This document shows positions 1 to 12,487 of a DNA stretch of 51,139 nucleotides, piece after piece (the first letter of the stretch is position 1; each line of letters opens with the position of its first letter). Under the pieces are notes generated by a model. The model saw nothing but the letters and a program-made list of their open reading frames with translations, ran no database searches and was not told the DNA's origin. The DNA lies in the NCBI GenBank assembly GCA_900617105.1, contig UYFQ01000634.1, positions 1 through 51,139 of the forward strand. Reading direction: 5' to 3'. The position numbers and the translations under genes were made by a program. The stretch comes from Hydrurus foetidus (taxonomy: Eukaryota).

Positions 1-452
1 CAGAAGGAAATTTTTCACCGCAGTATTGAGGATAATATCCAGGTTGCACATATGTGATCCACACAAGATCAAGATAGATACAGTCCAATAACATTTTCGT
101 CAAAACAATAGCATTTTTTGTGTGATATTTTTTTTTTGTGTGATGCATGCTTCACTTGATTACGAATCCTCCAAGAAATTTTCCTTTTCGAAAACTCTGA
201 TGAATGATCATATTCAATACTGCATGGGAAAGTATTCATCAATAATTATTAGAAAAAACATAGAACAGTCCACTCCGCCGGGTACTCCGGTAGACACGTT
301 ATACTTCGTGAAACGTGTGGCAACTCGAGACTGCTGTTTTCTTCTTCTTATCGTCTTAAACTGTACCTCGCTTCGTGGCAAACAAAGGCCCTACCGACTT
401 CTGCTTGAGTTGAAGGCTGCGATCAAAGTGTTGAGGGTGACTGGACGGAGCC

Positions 453-1235
453 ATGAATGCATCCAGACTTTTTTTGCGGAAGCAATGCAGCGGAGCAAGC
501 TCCGTCGGAATCAAGAACACTTTCGTTTCAGTGTCTCAAATAGTAAAGCAAGAAAGACTCATTTGCAGAACCAATTCAGTTCTAGTCAATTGTCAGAGGA
601 AATTTTCTTCAGCAGAAAAGCCATCAAATGAGCGTAAATCATTGGTTCACGGAGAACCTTCGAAAGATATCAAACAACTAAGCGACGAAATATTAAACTT
701 GAATGCCATTGACATGAACATACTTTTGGAGATCCTACAGGTTGGTGTGATTCTCTTTAATGGCGGTAATTGTAAACTAAAATCTGCGTACTGTTCTCTG
801 TAAAAGTATAAATTAGGTATAACGCCAGAAATCGTAACAAACTTGCTCGCTGGAGGAGGTGGAGGAGGAGGTGGTGGTGGAGGAGGCGGAGGCGGTGCAA
901 GCGCCGCTGCAGCCGTGGTTGCTGAAGTTGTCAAAGAGAAAGAAGCATTCGATATTAAACTGACGGTGGTAGATCCTAAATCGAAGATTAAAATTATCAA
1001 GGAGGTCAGAGCGCTGACAGGTTTAGGATTAAAAGAGGTAAGTGGAATGTCTCTACTGATCGCAGAGAAGGAGCCACAGTCAATAATTAATTCGATTCTA
1101 TCTTTTTCTGTATTTAAGGCAAAAGATTTAGTTGAGAAAGCGCCTGTAATCATTAAGGAAGGCGTTAAAAAAGAAGAGGTTGAAGCGATTAAAAAGATTC
1201 TAACAGATGCTGGTGCAACTATAGAAGTGCTTTAA
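453..1235 (+). CDS. MRPL12: Mitochondrial ribosomal protein L7/L12 (3 exons: 453-740, 807-1037, 1119-1235; ~211 aa)
   Basis: Splicing GT-AG introns 741-806 and 1038-1118 gives the L7/L12 C-terminal signature [55 protein letters not shown]. There is also an N-domain ([29 protein letters not shown]), a Gly/Ala hinge and an Arg/Ser-rich presequence-like N-terminus. Confidence 0.93.
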
Positions 1236-2289
1236 TGCTGCATTGAGAGAGGATGAATTACCACCTTGATATTACTCTACTGACTTTTTGTCTCTTTAGT
1301 ACAAATCAAACCGTATACTTCCTCGCAGAAGATTGAAGTGCTGTTAGAAGGGGCAATGTTTTCTCCACATCTGTGACATTTTGACCATGTTCTAGCAACA
1401 AATGATTAATATTCTAACCTTTTCCATCTCTCATAACGAAGATCTTGATATGTCTCTATCGGACTGTTGTTAACTTTCTTCGAGTGATTTGAGAAGGTGC
1501 ATGATGTGACACCAAACCTGTCTGAGAATAATTGATTATCTCGGCTAAGAAGCTTGAACGAACTGTAGATGCTCTTGAACACACAAATATTTAACCATAT
1601 TTTGGAACCAGATGTAAACACAAATGATTTGTGAAGTGTTACGAATTGTGTCCAAGTACGAGAAATGAGAATGCAAGATTAGATTCACTTTTTCCACAAA
1701 ATCTGCTCTTTGCCACTACATGCGATACTGGAATCCACGCTGAGAAAGGCGCCGATGCATTAGCAACTGTACTGACGTATACAAATATCAGGTGTTCCAA
1801 TTCCGTATTAGAAAAAGCTCTCCCCCCCGCATTGTCCCTCAGAATTCAGAGCGAAAAATCCAGAATTTTGATGCTGTTTTTCCAGGATCGCGTTACATGC
1901 ATTGCAATATAGGATAGATGACCATACTGCAAATATAAAATATAACCATATCGTTCTGGACTCATACCAAATATACAGTGGGTGGTCTGGTGTGCACGTA
2001 CGTACGGTAGAAAAAGATACGAAAATCAGTCATTTTCCGTAGGTCAAAGTTTTACCCCCTGGAAATCCCCGAAAAGTTGAAGAAATCCTTTTGGGGCTTC
2101 CACTTGACTTCCGCCTTCCCTGCACCAGTTGCGAAGATATATCTGCTACGTATACGTGAGAGTGCTAAGCATCAGTGATCTTCAACTATCATTGCAACGC
2201 CGTGTAGTTGATAACAATAATCGAAGCAGAAGTGGAATTATCTAACCACCCAACTTATCTCGACGGTTGCATTCGCCCCACGCCCTCAA

Positions 2290-3594
2290 ATGTCGATCTT
2301 CAATTTCGTAGTCGCGATGACCATCATGGTTGCAGTTTACGGCTTCCAAACTCCAATTGCAACAACCAAGAGGATGACACAACAACTCTCAATGGCAGCA
2401 GAGCAGGACCCACTACTACTACGCGCAGCAAGAGGGGAGGTTGTTGAATCAGTCCCAGTCTGGATGATGAGACAAGCAGGAAGACACATTAAGGTGAGTC
2501 AGACGAAGAAACTGTGATTTTCCTCTCTCAATAAAACTCGGTACTCGTCTGACACTCGACCTAATATAATCAGGAATACAGAGACTTGTGCAAAGTACAT
2601 AAAACGTTCAGAGAACGCAGTGAGAATGCTGATGTTGCAACTGAAATAAGGTTAGATAATTGTTACTCCGTTTCGAATCATCACATTCTGGCAGTATCGA
2701 CAGTGACTAACGAGTCATTTCACACTCCACAGTCTGCAACCATGGAGGAACTACGGCGTGGATGGCTGCATCCTTTTCTCTGACATCCTCACCCCATTCC
2801 CCGGCATGGGTGTCGAGTTCGACATCACCGAGAAGGAAGGCCCGAAGATGGCTACATGGACGACTATGGCTGATGTTGACAAAATGAAATTGATGGACCC
2901 CTACAAATCTACTCCATTCGTTGCAGATGCCCTCAAGAACTTGAGACGCGAGGTCGGAAACACTGCCACAGTTCTTGGATTTGTGGGTCTTCCTTACACC
3001 CTCGCGACTTACATGGTTGAGGGAGGCTCCAGCAAGGACTTCAAAGAAATCAAATCCATGAGTTATCAGAACCCAAAAGTGCTGCATGCGATGCTTGACA
3101 AACTCGCCGACAACATTGGCGATTATGCTGTATTCCAAATTGACTGCGGTGCTCAAGTGATCCAGCTATTCGACTCGTGGGCTGGCAATCTATCTCCTCT
3201 CGATTACGACACTTTCGCAGCACCTTATCAGCGCAAAGTATTAGAAAAAATTAAGAAAGCTCACCCTAAGGTGCCAACAATCATGTACATTAACAAATCT
3301 GGTGCTCTGCTTGAACGCATGGCTGCCACTGGAATTGACATCATCTCTCTGGACTGGACCGTTAAGATCGAAGAGGCTAGACTCCGTATAGGCGACAAAA
3401 TCGGAATTCAGGGAAACATGGATCCTATGGTGTTATTCGCCCCCCAAGATGTTATCAAACTGCGCACTGAGGAAATTCTCAGAGCTGCCGGCGGAAGGAA
3501 TCACGTGATGAATTTAGGCCACGGCATTGATGCGACAACACCAGAAGAAAACGCGAAGTTCTTTGTTGACACGGTGCATAACTTCAAATTTTGA
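2290..3594 (+). CDS. hemE: Uroporphyrinogen decarboxylase, plastid-targeted (3 exons: 2290-2493, 2574-2650, 2733-3594; ~380 aa)
   Basis: Motifs [48 protein letters not shown] and MNLGHGI are present. Introns 2494-2573 and 2651-2732 are GT-AG and phase-consistent. The N-terminus is a signal peptide followed by G|FQTP and a transit-like segment. Confidence 0.96.
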
Positions 3595-4533
3595 AACGAA
3601 TTATAGAGAATAAAACCTTGCGCTTTTGTTTTTTTTATTCAACTGACACGCCTCATGTATAGATAGGTTGGCGACCTTCGAACTAAATTAGATATGTGAA
3701 TAATAGCCTATAAATTATAAATAAAATCCGTCGATTCATTCCATGAGACTTCGCTTTCTTTTTATCGGAATACGATCGCTGACAGAGTTGAGAAGAAAGA
3801 AAATCGGTGAATAGGATAAAAAAGTGCCAAAAATAGGGGGATGGTCAGGGTTTCGCATCAAAATCATTCACGCTTGCTCTGGTTCCATCCTATACAATAC
3901 GTCCATGATATCCGTGCCCAATTTATCTGCAGGTTACCGATTCTCATTCCGAAGCATCTTTGAGTCCACTTCAACGGGTGATAACCTACGCATCTATGAT
4001 ACGCGGGAAGGACGGAGAGTAGAACGCATCTGGACTCTGGACCGTGCCATGAGGTCCCGCCCAAGTTGAAGAAGTATCAATGCAAATAAAAATATCTTAA
4101 AACAATGTACACTGTTACAACTTTTCAATATCAATAAATAATAAGCGATGTCTAAGGTGGGTGAATACTATGTCTTACGATCTCCATCCCCCAAGGGAGG
4201 GAAAGTACTCCTAGAGGCAGAAGGTAGTGTTCTGAAAGATAAGAAGGAGACAGCACGCCCGCAGTAAGGCAGTTTAGAGTACTCAATTGAGGAGTGATTT
4301 GGCTAAGATAACGTTACATTATTTACGTCAACGTGCACGTCTTGCCGCACTTCTTGATAGATGACGAGTATCAAGTAGATGGAGCGACCGTTGACATCGA
4401 TGACTGCAGTCTCTCCGCTCTCTGTCTTCTCGACTCTCTCACTCCTGATGCAAGCTACACAGTGCTATAGCGTACGGCTATACTGCAGCTTGTCCAGGGC
4501 AGTGCAGGGTATGACAGATTCCGGATAGTTGTC

Positions 4534-7500
4534 CTAGGCTGGTCTTAGGTTTCTCCTGGGGGATGATCTGTATCCGATGACGTCACTCGCTCTTGCACTG
4601 AGAGGGGCAGTCCCGTCCCCATTCCTGTCTCTGAGACTGTCTCTGTCTTCGTCAGTGGCGGTACGAGAAGTTGCTATTGGGGATGCGAAGTGCTGTCTGG
4701 ACTGTCTGAGATGCTTATCAGGTGGAGTCTTCAAGTGGTCGAAATTCGCATCACCTTCATCTCCACCCCTTTCTCTCCCTCTTGAAGTGAGGGGTGTGCT
4801 TTGGTCTTGAAACCAATGGTCAGACTGAAACGATCTCCTGCTGTGCGCTGCGCTGTCCGGCTGCATATACACATTGCGAGAAAATGAACTCCCACCGGAA
4901 TTCAACCCACGGTCTAATTCGCCTTTATCGGGTATCGGATACGGTATAGCCCGGACCGTGGATCCGGTAAGCCCCCTAATGTTTTCTTTATTTCCCCTTA
5001 GGAATCTTGGGCTTCTCCTGCTTTGACTGTGCGCTTGATCGTCGTCCATGTACAACTCCATTCCTAGGGCAACGCCTGCAGAATGAGTTTGATCATCTGT
5101 CACTCCTGACGAATGTTCTGCATACCGCGCAGAATGCAGATCAACTGATGGAAGGAAGAACGGACTGGACGCTCTTTTTCTCGCTGCTCTTTTGCGCCCA
5201 CTACTCTCACTTCCGAACGCTTCACAATTCTTCGATGCTGCGATACCCCCATTTAGTGAACCCCCCCAGGGCTGATCATCGGTGATGCCCAGGTTACCGG
5301 TCAGTAAAGAGGATCTTGAACTGGATTTGCGGTCTTTGGTGTCATGATTGTCGGGACTACGGCCGCGAAGAGTTCTAGGTCCTCCACTGTTAGGAATGAT
5401 TGTTCTGTTTTTCCTCGCTCTAACTTTGTCAAGTGGAGTGTCAGCGACTTCATCGACATCGCACATGATGCCACTTGAACTCGACATGGAGGAGTCACGC
5501 CAACTGTCTGTCTCATCTCTTGGTCTCTTCCTAGCACTTCTCCTCACATTACCTCCACTCCCAAGAACATCTGACGTGCTCCGTAGAGAATCCATAGGAA
5601 CCCCAGAACTTGAAGTTTTACTACTTGTACTTCTTTCCCTACTAATCTTCAATCCCTTTGGGGACGTTCCTTTTGATTTACCCTTGGAGCCTGGACTTTT
5701 TTGAATTGTGGAACCAAGTGAGGCCCGTTGAGGAACAGTGAAGGAAAGTATACTGTTGATATTGGGGTCGGGCTTCAGACTTGTACGAACGTTCTTAACT
5801 TTTACCCTTCCGGTTCTTTGCCCTACTGATTGTTTGTGTACGTTCACAATGCTGTTCGTACGTTTTAAAGAATGTCCGTCTGTCTTACTCGATCCAACAG
5901 ATGCTTTTGAAATTTCTGCCGACTCCATCGACTCTACTATTGGTAGAACTGGTACGGGAGTCTCACTGTTGAGACTTAACAGCTGAGCAGCACCAGCGTC
6001 AGAGAGTGGGATCATTGGTTGTTTCCTAACAGCTCCTGACAGAGATCTTCGCAATGTAAAAGAGTCAATAATTGGACCTTTGTTCGCTAAAATTTGAAGA
6101 AATCGGTCGACAGGTGCAACTACTTTGTCCAATTCTGTACCGCTCTTTCGGGCTATTTTTGCTGATTTCGGAGATTCCGAAAAATATTCGGACCTGTATG
6201 GTGACGAATCGGATTCAGATTGTTCCCCGGGTATTCCGACTGTTGGCCGATAGTTCCGGCTAAGCCGTCTAATCGCTGGAGCTATTACAGTTAGACCGTT
6301 ATATCTCAATTTCAGAGAAGCGACTATGTCGCACAGGCAGTCTCTTTTCGTTTTTTCTTCGATAGGGGTGGTGGTAGGAGTAGATGGCGATTTGCCACTT
6401 ACAGATTTCCGTTTCTTCAGACTTCTGAATTCACTCTCTGGAACATCTGATGTGACGTCTGATTTCCTTTTTCTCAGCCTAGGGCTCAGTAACTCTGTTG
6501 GCGTATTCTCCAGCATTGGTTGTATTTTAGGTGAAGCATCTTCAATTCTTTCATTTTTATTACCAGAGGGGAATTTATCTGACAATGACAGCCACTGTAC
6601 GTCACTGTATTGAAGAAATGGAGAAAGCGTCACGACTGCCAAGCGATCAAACCGAGAAACAATTAATTCATTTAGACCCTCGTTTTCGCTCCTTTCTGAA
6701 GACGAAATCCTTTTCTCAGCAATTGAACCGTTTTTCTTTTTTTCACTATGTTCTTCCCATTTGATTTCCAGCTGCAAGTACACTAGTAGAAGGCAGCATG
6801 ACGAAACTGCCCGTGCTATGGCTAAGTTCTGTCCAAGTCTTTGCTTTGTTATTTTTTCTAACACTTGACAGACTATCTGGCACTCGCTTTTCTTTCGTTT
6901 CTCAACATCTTTTTCCATATCCTTTGTAGCTATTTTCTCATATTTCTTTTTTTTCGATGAACCTTTTTTGCTCGAAGCAATATCATCATGTTTAAGTATT
7001 CTATTCAGTGCTATGGCCGCGTCAAGAACTTGGATTTGTCGCGTCACTATACATCCCCATACCAACGCACGTATGTCAGGCTTCAACTTTGTAACTCCAC
7101 ACAGCATAGGCAACAATGTGGGGTCGCACTCTGTATCTGTCAGTGAAGACGTAGCACTTCCAACGGTCTCCTTCTCCTTCTCCTTCTCATTCTCATTCTC
7201 TATTTTTCCAATTTTATTATTTTCGATTTCGATGACATTCTCAGCATCAGGCACAATTTCAATTTTATTTTCAATTTTATTTTTATTCCCACAATTCTGC
7301 AACGTATTGACATCCTTCTTTACATTGACATCTATCAAGGCTGCGCGTGAAACTGACGCTGCTTCATTGGAAGACAGAATGGGAATTTTTATGTCCAACA
7401 GAGTACTGCCACTTGTCACTGCGGTGAAAATGCTGCCTATCCTAGCTGTCACATTATCGTAGACATTCCCCAGCAGACTGGTGGATCTACCGGATAATTT

Positions 7501-9932
7501 ACGTGTAAAATAATTCGTCCCTTTAGGGCTGATAATGTCCCGTGTGTGCGTGTCGGAAGCAGAGTACGCACTGTATGCTAGAGATTCTTCCGGGGGGGGC
7601 ACAGCAGACAAGCCTTCTATGTCGGATGGTGCTTGATTCAATCCGGCAAAAACACTCCCGTCTTCCATGGGTAGTAGAGTGTAGGATGGATAGGAGTCGC
7701 CGTATGCCTGTGCGAGTGAATTGAACTCGTTGTCGTGGTCTAGACTAGTATGTGGATCAGCTACAGTGGAGGGTGTGCTAGGGCAGCTGTTGTCTACTTG
7801 GTCTTTATCGCTGACAGGCATGCCTTTCTTCCATATGAGCAGTTCGTCCACTGCGTTAGATTTGGCTGTTATGCAGGTCGTCGCTGTTGCATCTGTAGCA
7901 GTTCTTGACTCCACATCCATCGCTCCTAACGACTCCAATGAACCTCTCTTCACCTTCACCTTTTCCTTCTCCTTCTCCTTCTCCTTCACAGTTACACTTA
8001 AACTTACACCGGCACTTATAGTTACACTAGGAGACGATTCTAGATCGTCTCTGAATGGACCCCTCAATCGATGGGAGGAAGAAGAAGAAGAGGAAGAAGG
8101 TGATGATACAGCGGATGATCTGGAATTTTTGAAAAATACCGGGTCCACGGTCTCTAGTTGCAGACCCTGGAACCCTCCCGCAGAAGATTCCATGAGAAGA
8201 GATTTCATGTTAGCTGACGTCACTGATTTTGTTGTTCTAGGGGGTAAGCCGGAAAACTTCCCGTCTGTACTGGTGCTTCTGCTCCGGCCTCTCCGGTTAA
8301 GAATACCGTTTAATTTGTTCTGTGTGTCGATAGATCTTCTACTGCCTTTTTCTCTTTCTTTCTCAGCGAGAAGTAGGAGATGGCTGTGTGGCCCATGTGG
8401 AGAAATGCCACGCACACTTCTCTCTCTCTCTCTATTCCTTTCAGTTGATGTCCGACTACATGCTGACTGATTTCCAGATAAAGAGTTCCTAAGGTGTTCT
8501 GATTGATTCGGGTCCACACTACCATGCTCAGAACGTGAGCGAGAATCGTCCGAACTCTACATTGAAAGCATAACACAGATTTAAGAGAAATTCGGGAGCG
8601 TTAGAGATGAAATTGACTGACCCACTCAGAGGCATCGAATCGAACTCTCACTTCCATCTCAGCAGGAACACTTACCGGTACATCCTTACGGGATTTCCGG
8701 CTATCCGATCTTCTCCGTCCGGCCGACTCTAAAGATGTAATAAGCATAGGCGATCCGCAAATAGATGGGCTCTGTAATGACTGAAGAACATAGATTGTAC
8801 AAATAATCAGATCATTTGTTAACCGAAAATATCAGGATTCTTTGGGAACATTCTTATCCAAGAATAGCCATGTTCAGGAAAGGCGATTCTTGGAAGAATT
8901 CCTATTGATCTCAATTAAAATCAGCAAGTGATGTTGAGTGGACTATACGAGGCAATGGGATCAGAATTCTTACCGGTGGCAGTAATTTTTCTCTGCTTTC
9001 TTTGCGAACTGGAAGATCGTTGTCCCTATTCATATTTGTTTCAATTCGAAGGCTGTTCCTATCTAAAAAATTTAAATCAACTACAGTCGACTCTTCATCT
9101 CCAAAGCGCAGCGGTGCATCAAGATGCAACAGTCCGACTGACATCCCCGCAGGATACAGAGAGGCTCCAACCACAGTCCTCATCGCACTGCGACCTCGAC
9201 GAGGACGAGTAACAGACGCTACTGATTGAGATAAAGGACTAAAACAAGAGGCGGGACTTGAACTCTGATCGCATAGTCGTAGCTGATTATCGTCTGTGAC
9301 ATCACTTTTAGAAGGCAATGCATGACTGGGACCTTCCTGCTGATCGCATGCGAGAGTAACAGAGCATCTGCAATGCGAGTCTTCTTGAAATAGTCGCTTC
9401 ATTAGCTCAGAAAATCTGGATATACACAGTGTAGCATGCTCTATGTCAGTTGAACTAGATTTTGGAGATCTTGTCATCCTCCTACTAGGACTTTTTGTCG
9501 GGCGGGCCTGACAGCAACTCATTTTCGCATCCAGTATAGTACGTTCCACTGGTTTACGTGGTCTCATTTCGCTCTCGCACCGTACGCAGGCCTTCATGCG
9601 TATTTGATTTATGCCATCGGCATAAGGACTGAAAGATTGTGAAGTTGACTGGAGGCTTTCCACTTTGATCCCCACAATTCGAGCTGAAGGAGTTGATGGG
9701 TTGTTACATCATGAGATGAGGGCTGACGAAGTACATTGCGCAAGAACATCATTTGTAGAAACTCACGGTTCAATTGACAGCCAACTCTCTGACTCTCAGA
9801 AATGAAGTAAGCCATCAGCGCCTTGACCTCATCTTCAGGGAAGATGTCTACAGCATAAAACTCATTTCCTGAAGATAGATCGATTTTTACGCAAGAACAA
9901 GAATTCGAAACCCCGATTCGTTTCATCGACAT
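4534..9932 (-). CDS. Large Ser/Arg/Lys-rich hypothetical protein (tentative exons 9932-9767, 9683-8974, 8780-8622, 8556-4534; ~1685 aa)
   Basis: A 4-kb open final exon joins the upstream ORFs through phase-compatible introns (GTGAGT..TTCAG 9766-9684; GTAAGA..TTCAG 8973-8781; GTCAGT..TGTAG 8621-8557). The total length is divisible by 3. The protein is mostly low-complexity and I recognise no domain. Confidence 0.7.
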
Positions 9933-10744
9933 TATCCCAGGACTACGCGGCCTATCAGTGGTAGCAGATCTTACAAACGCTTCGCATTTGCTTCTAACCT
10001 GTGGTAGGGACTGTAAGTTGTATAAGATAAATTGAAGCAAGCTCGGCTGGGAGCATAGTGGGAGAATTTTTGAATATTTTTCAAAAAAATTTAAATTTGA
10101 ATTCGAAGGGGTTGTTCAAGAATTGCACTGTGCGTACAGTAATACGTGCCGACCGAGTACGCACCTGGGGAATAACCCAGGTATGTACAACAGTGTTCTA
10201 TCGGTAATAATTCTATTGATGTTTGACTCAATTTGATTGATCAGAAATCTTAGAGCTGTAGCAATGCGGTGAAACGATGTGAGCGATGTTCATAGAAATG
10301 GATCATATTCCTAACAACTTTTCAAATGAAAACGATTTCACGGTCACCTGTCCGTACATCAATGCGGAGGGGGGCACAGGCCTCATTACCCACAATATTT
10401 GATGGACCGCGATGGAAATAATGACCTCTCAAACATAACACCGCTAACCCTGATAAAATCGTAGAGAGATAGCGGTAAAATCTCTTCTGATGAATTACTA
10501 GGTAGCGATTTGAGTGTAAGGGTGGTGTTCGCCATCCACCTTGAATACGATGTCAAAATAGTAGTTGCGATCGGAGAAATAATTCATCCGAACCCTTAGT
10601 GTAGACTGACTCATCAATGCCAACTTTCAAAACTTCAGTCTATTTTGAATATATCTTTTCATCTACCTAGTATAATTACATAATGACGTTTTGTAGTATA
10701 TGAGAACGTACATGCAAATCTTGAGCGTGCACTTCCAGTAGTAC

Positions 10745-10776
10745 GCACACACACGCACGCACACACACACACACAC
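10745..10776. repeat. (CA)n microsatellite
   Basis: Run cgcacacacacgcacgcacacacacacacacac. Confidence 0.85.
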
Positions 10777-11046
10777 GTTCCCAATCGGTTCAAGAAGACA
10801 TGACAGACGACCCTCGTTTGGACAAGTGATCTCAATCGGTCACTCCGCTCGACTGCTCGGAACTACAGCCTGATGACATCGTTAAGCTGAAGACAACACG
10901 ACCTGCTCCATTCGAGCGCAAATCCATTGCTATTGCGCTGGAAGAAATCTGCTGTGCATTATGAACGCTGATACACCACTGTAGTGAGGTTCCTGAAAGT
11001 GTGATTATTATGGTTTGAGAAGGAGTTCGAAAGTTTGCGAAATAAG

Positions 11047-11910
11047 ATGGAGGTATCACGGAGGGATGTCAATTACTACTGCCATATATGCGCCTGCGAA
11101 GTTGTGTCACAGGTACATGACGTTAGCCAGGAAAATGTCTGTGGTCTATGCTCCAGTAACTTTATTGAGCTCTTGGGTCAAGGAGTTGAAACTTTCATCG
11201 CTGGTTCGACGATTCCTCCCGAAAACCGAGGAGACGCAGTCGAACATAATGCAGCGAATCCAATAGAAAGAAGGAGATCAGAGCCAATCCGTAGATCAGA
11301 AGTCATCAGCAGCTCTTTCTTCATAAATGATAGGAATGGGCAACAACCACCTCATGACACGCCACGCAATCTAGTGAGCAGAGGCTTGCAGCAAGCTGGT
11401 AGCAGCGGCAGTCACCAGCAGGGAACATTTACAACATCCACTTTGGGAATGGGACCCAACATCCACTCCACCGATTCTAGAACAGTTACGTTACCAATAG
11501 AGATAGGTAGCTTGATGAGCGCGTTCATGTTGGGACGGAACGTCTCAGATGTTGGATTTTCTGGACTTCCTGGTGGTGCCAGTTTCGAGGATTTTCTCCA
11601 TCACATATTTCTAAATGAAAGCTCTCACTCTGGCGAACCTCCTGCCACCGAGTCTGTCATCGGTTCGCTGCATCGAACTGTTGTGTCAAGTAGTGCAGAA
11701 ATTCTCGAATTAGGAGAGTGCAGCATATCCCAAGAGGCATTTGAAATTGGCGACATCAGCATTTGCCTACCTTGCAAGCACACCTACAAGGAGGAACCTA
11801 TAACTCACTGGTTGAAGATGCACAACTCCTGTCCAGTATGTCGCATTCCTCTTTCAGCACAGGGGGCTACTTGTACATCCACAGCCGTTGAGACACTGAA
11901 CTCGAGGTAG
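11047..11910 (+). CDS. RNF126/RNF115-like E3 ubiquitin ligase (N-terminal zinc ribbon, C-terminal degenerate RING), single exon
   Basis: N-terminal YYCHIC..CGLCSSNFIE zinc ribbon, pre-RING segment FEDFLHHIF..GEPPATESVIGSL, and RING-like CSISQEAF..LPCKHTYKEEPITHWLKMHNSCPVCR. Confidence 0.85.
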   Translation: MEVSRRDVNYYCHICACEVVSQVHDVSQENVCGLCSSNFIELLGQGVETFIAGSTIPPENRGDAVEHNAANPIERRRSEPIRRSEVISSSFFINDRNGQQPPHDTPRNLVSRGLQQAGSSGSHQQGTFTTSTLGMGPNIHSTDSRTVTLPIEIGSLMSAFMLGRNVSDVGFSGLPGGASFEDFLHHIFLNESSHSGEPPATESVIGSLHRTVVSSSAEILELGECSISQEAFEIGDISICLPCKHTYKEEPITHWLKMHNSCPVCRIPLSAQGATCTSTAVETLNSR

Positions 11911-12195
11911 AAATTTTGCAATGCATGTCGTCGCAATTCTTATCATTCCGTAGTAATATTAGATATTAATCAAAGATTGAAAAGACTTCAATCTGATTCA
12001 AAAAGCTCCAGATTCAGATACTTCTTAATCATGTAAATATAAAGGGAATTATGTACTTCCAATTAGTAAAATTGAGTAGTAACCACCAAATTAGAAATCC
12101 ATAGTTCTTCTCCCATACATTCACGAATTGTAATGCGAGTTTGCGATGTCATTAGTTTTGTAAAAAGTAAAGTTTTAAAGTGTACATTTACGATA

Positions 12196-12487
12196 CAGCG
12201 GGGGACATCTGTAATCGACAAATTTTTTTGGAGTGCCACATGCATTTTATGGGTCAAAAAGCTTTTTTAGCTACTCAAGTGCCACATCCGTCATTTTTAA
12301 GCAAACTAGAAACTTTTTCAACTCAATGAAAAAACAGAAATAAAGAAATCTGATCGATGATTGTTATTCGTCTCCTCGAGATCTACAAGAATCTTGGCTC
12401 TAAATGGTGTACACTTTCTTCGTGTGGGCATTGAAAAATTTGGCAAGTTCCACACCCAGGATTGTTGGTTACAGATGTCCCCCATTG
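12196..12487. mobile_element. Tc1/mariner-type MITE (292 bp)
   Basis: 26-bp terminal inverted repeats at 12196-12221 (CAGCGGGGGACATCTGTAATCGACAA) and 12462-12487 match at 22/26 positions, all differences transitions. TA flanks the left end and CA the right end. No long ORF. Confidence 0.75.

Noticed and set aside
122..1153. ORFs 122-631 (+) and 647-1153 (-, poly-Pro)
   Set aside because: Alternative-frame and antisense shadows of the L7/L12 gene with no recognisable motifs.
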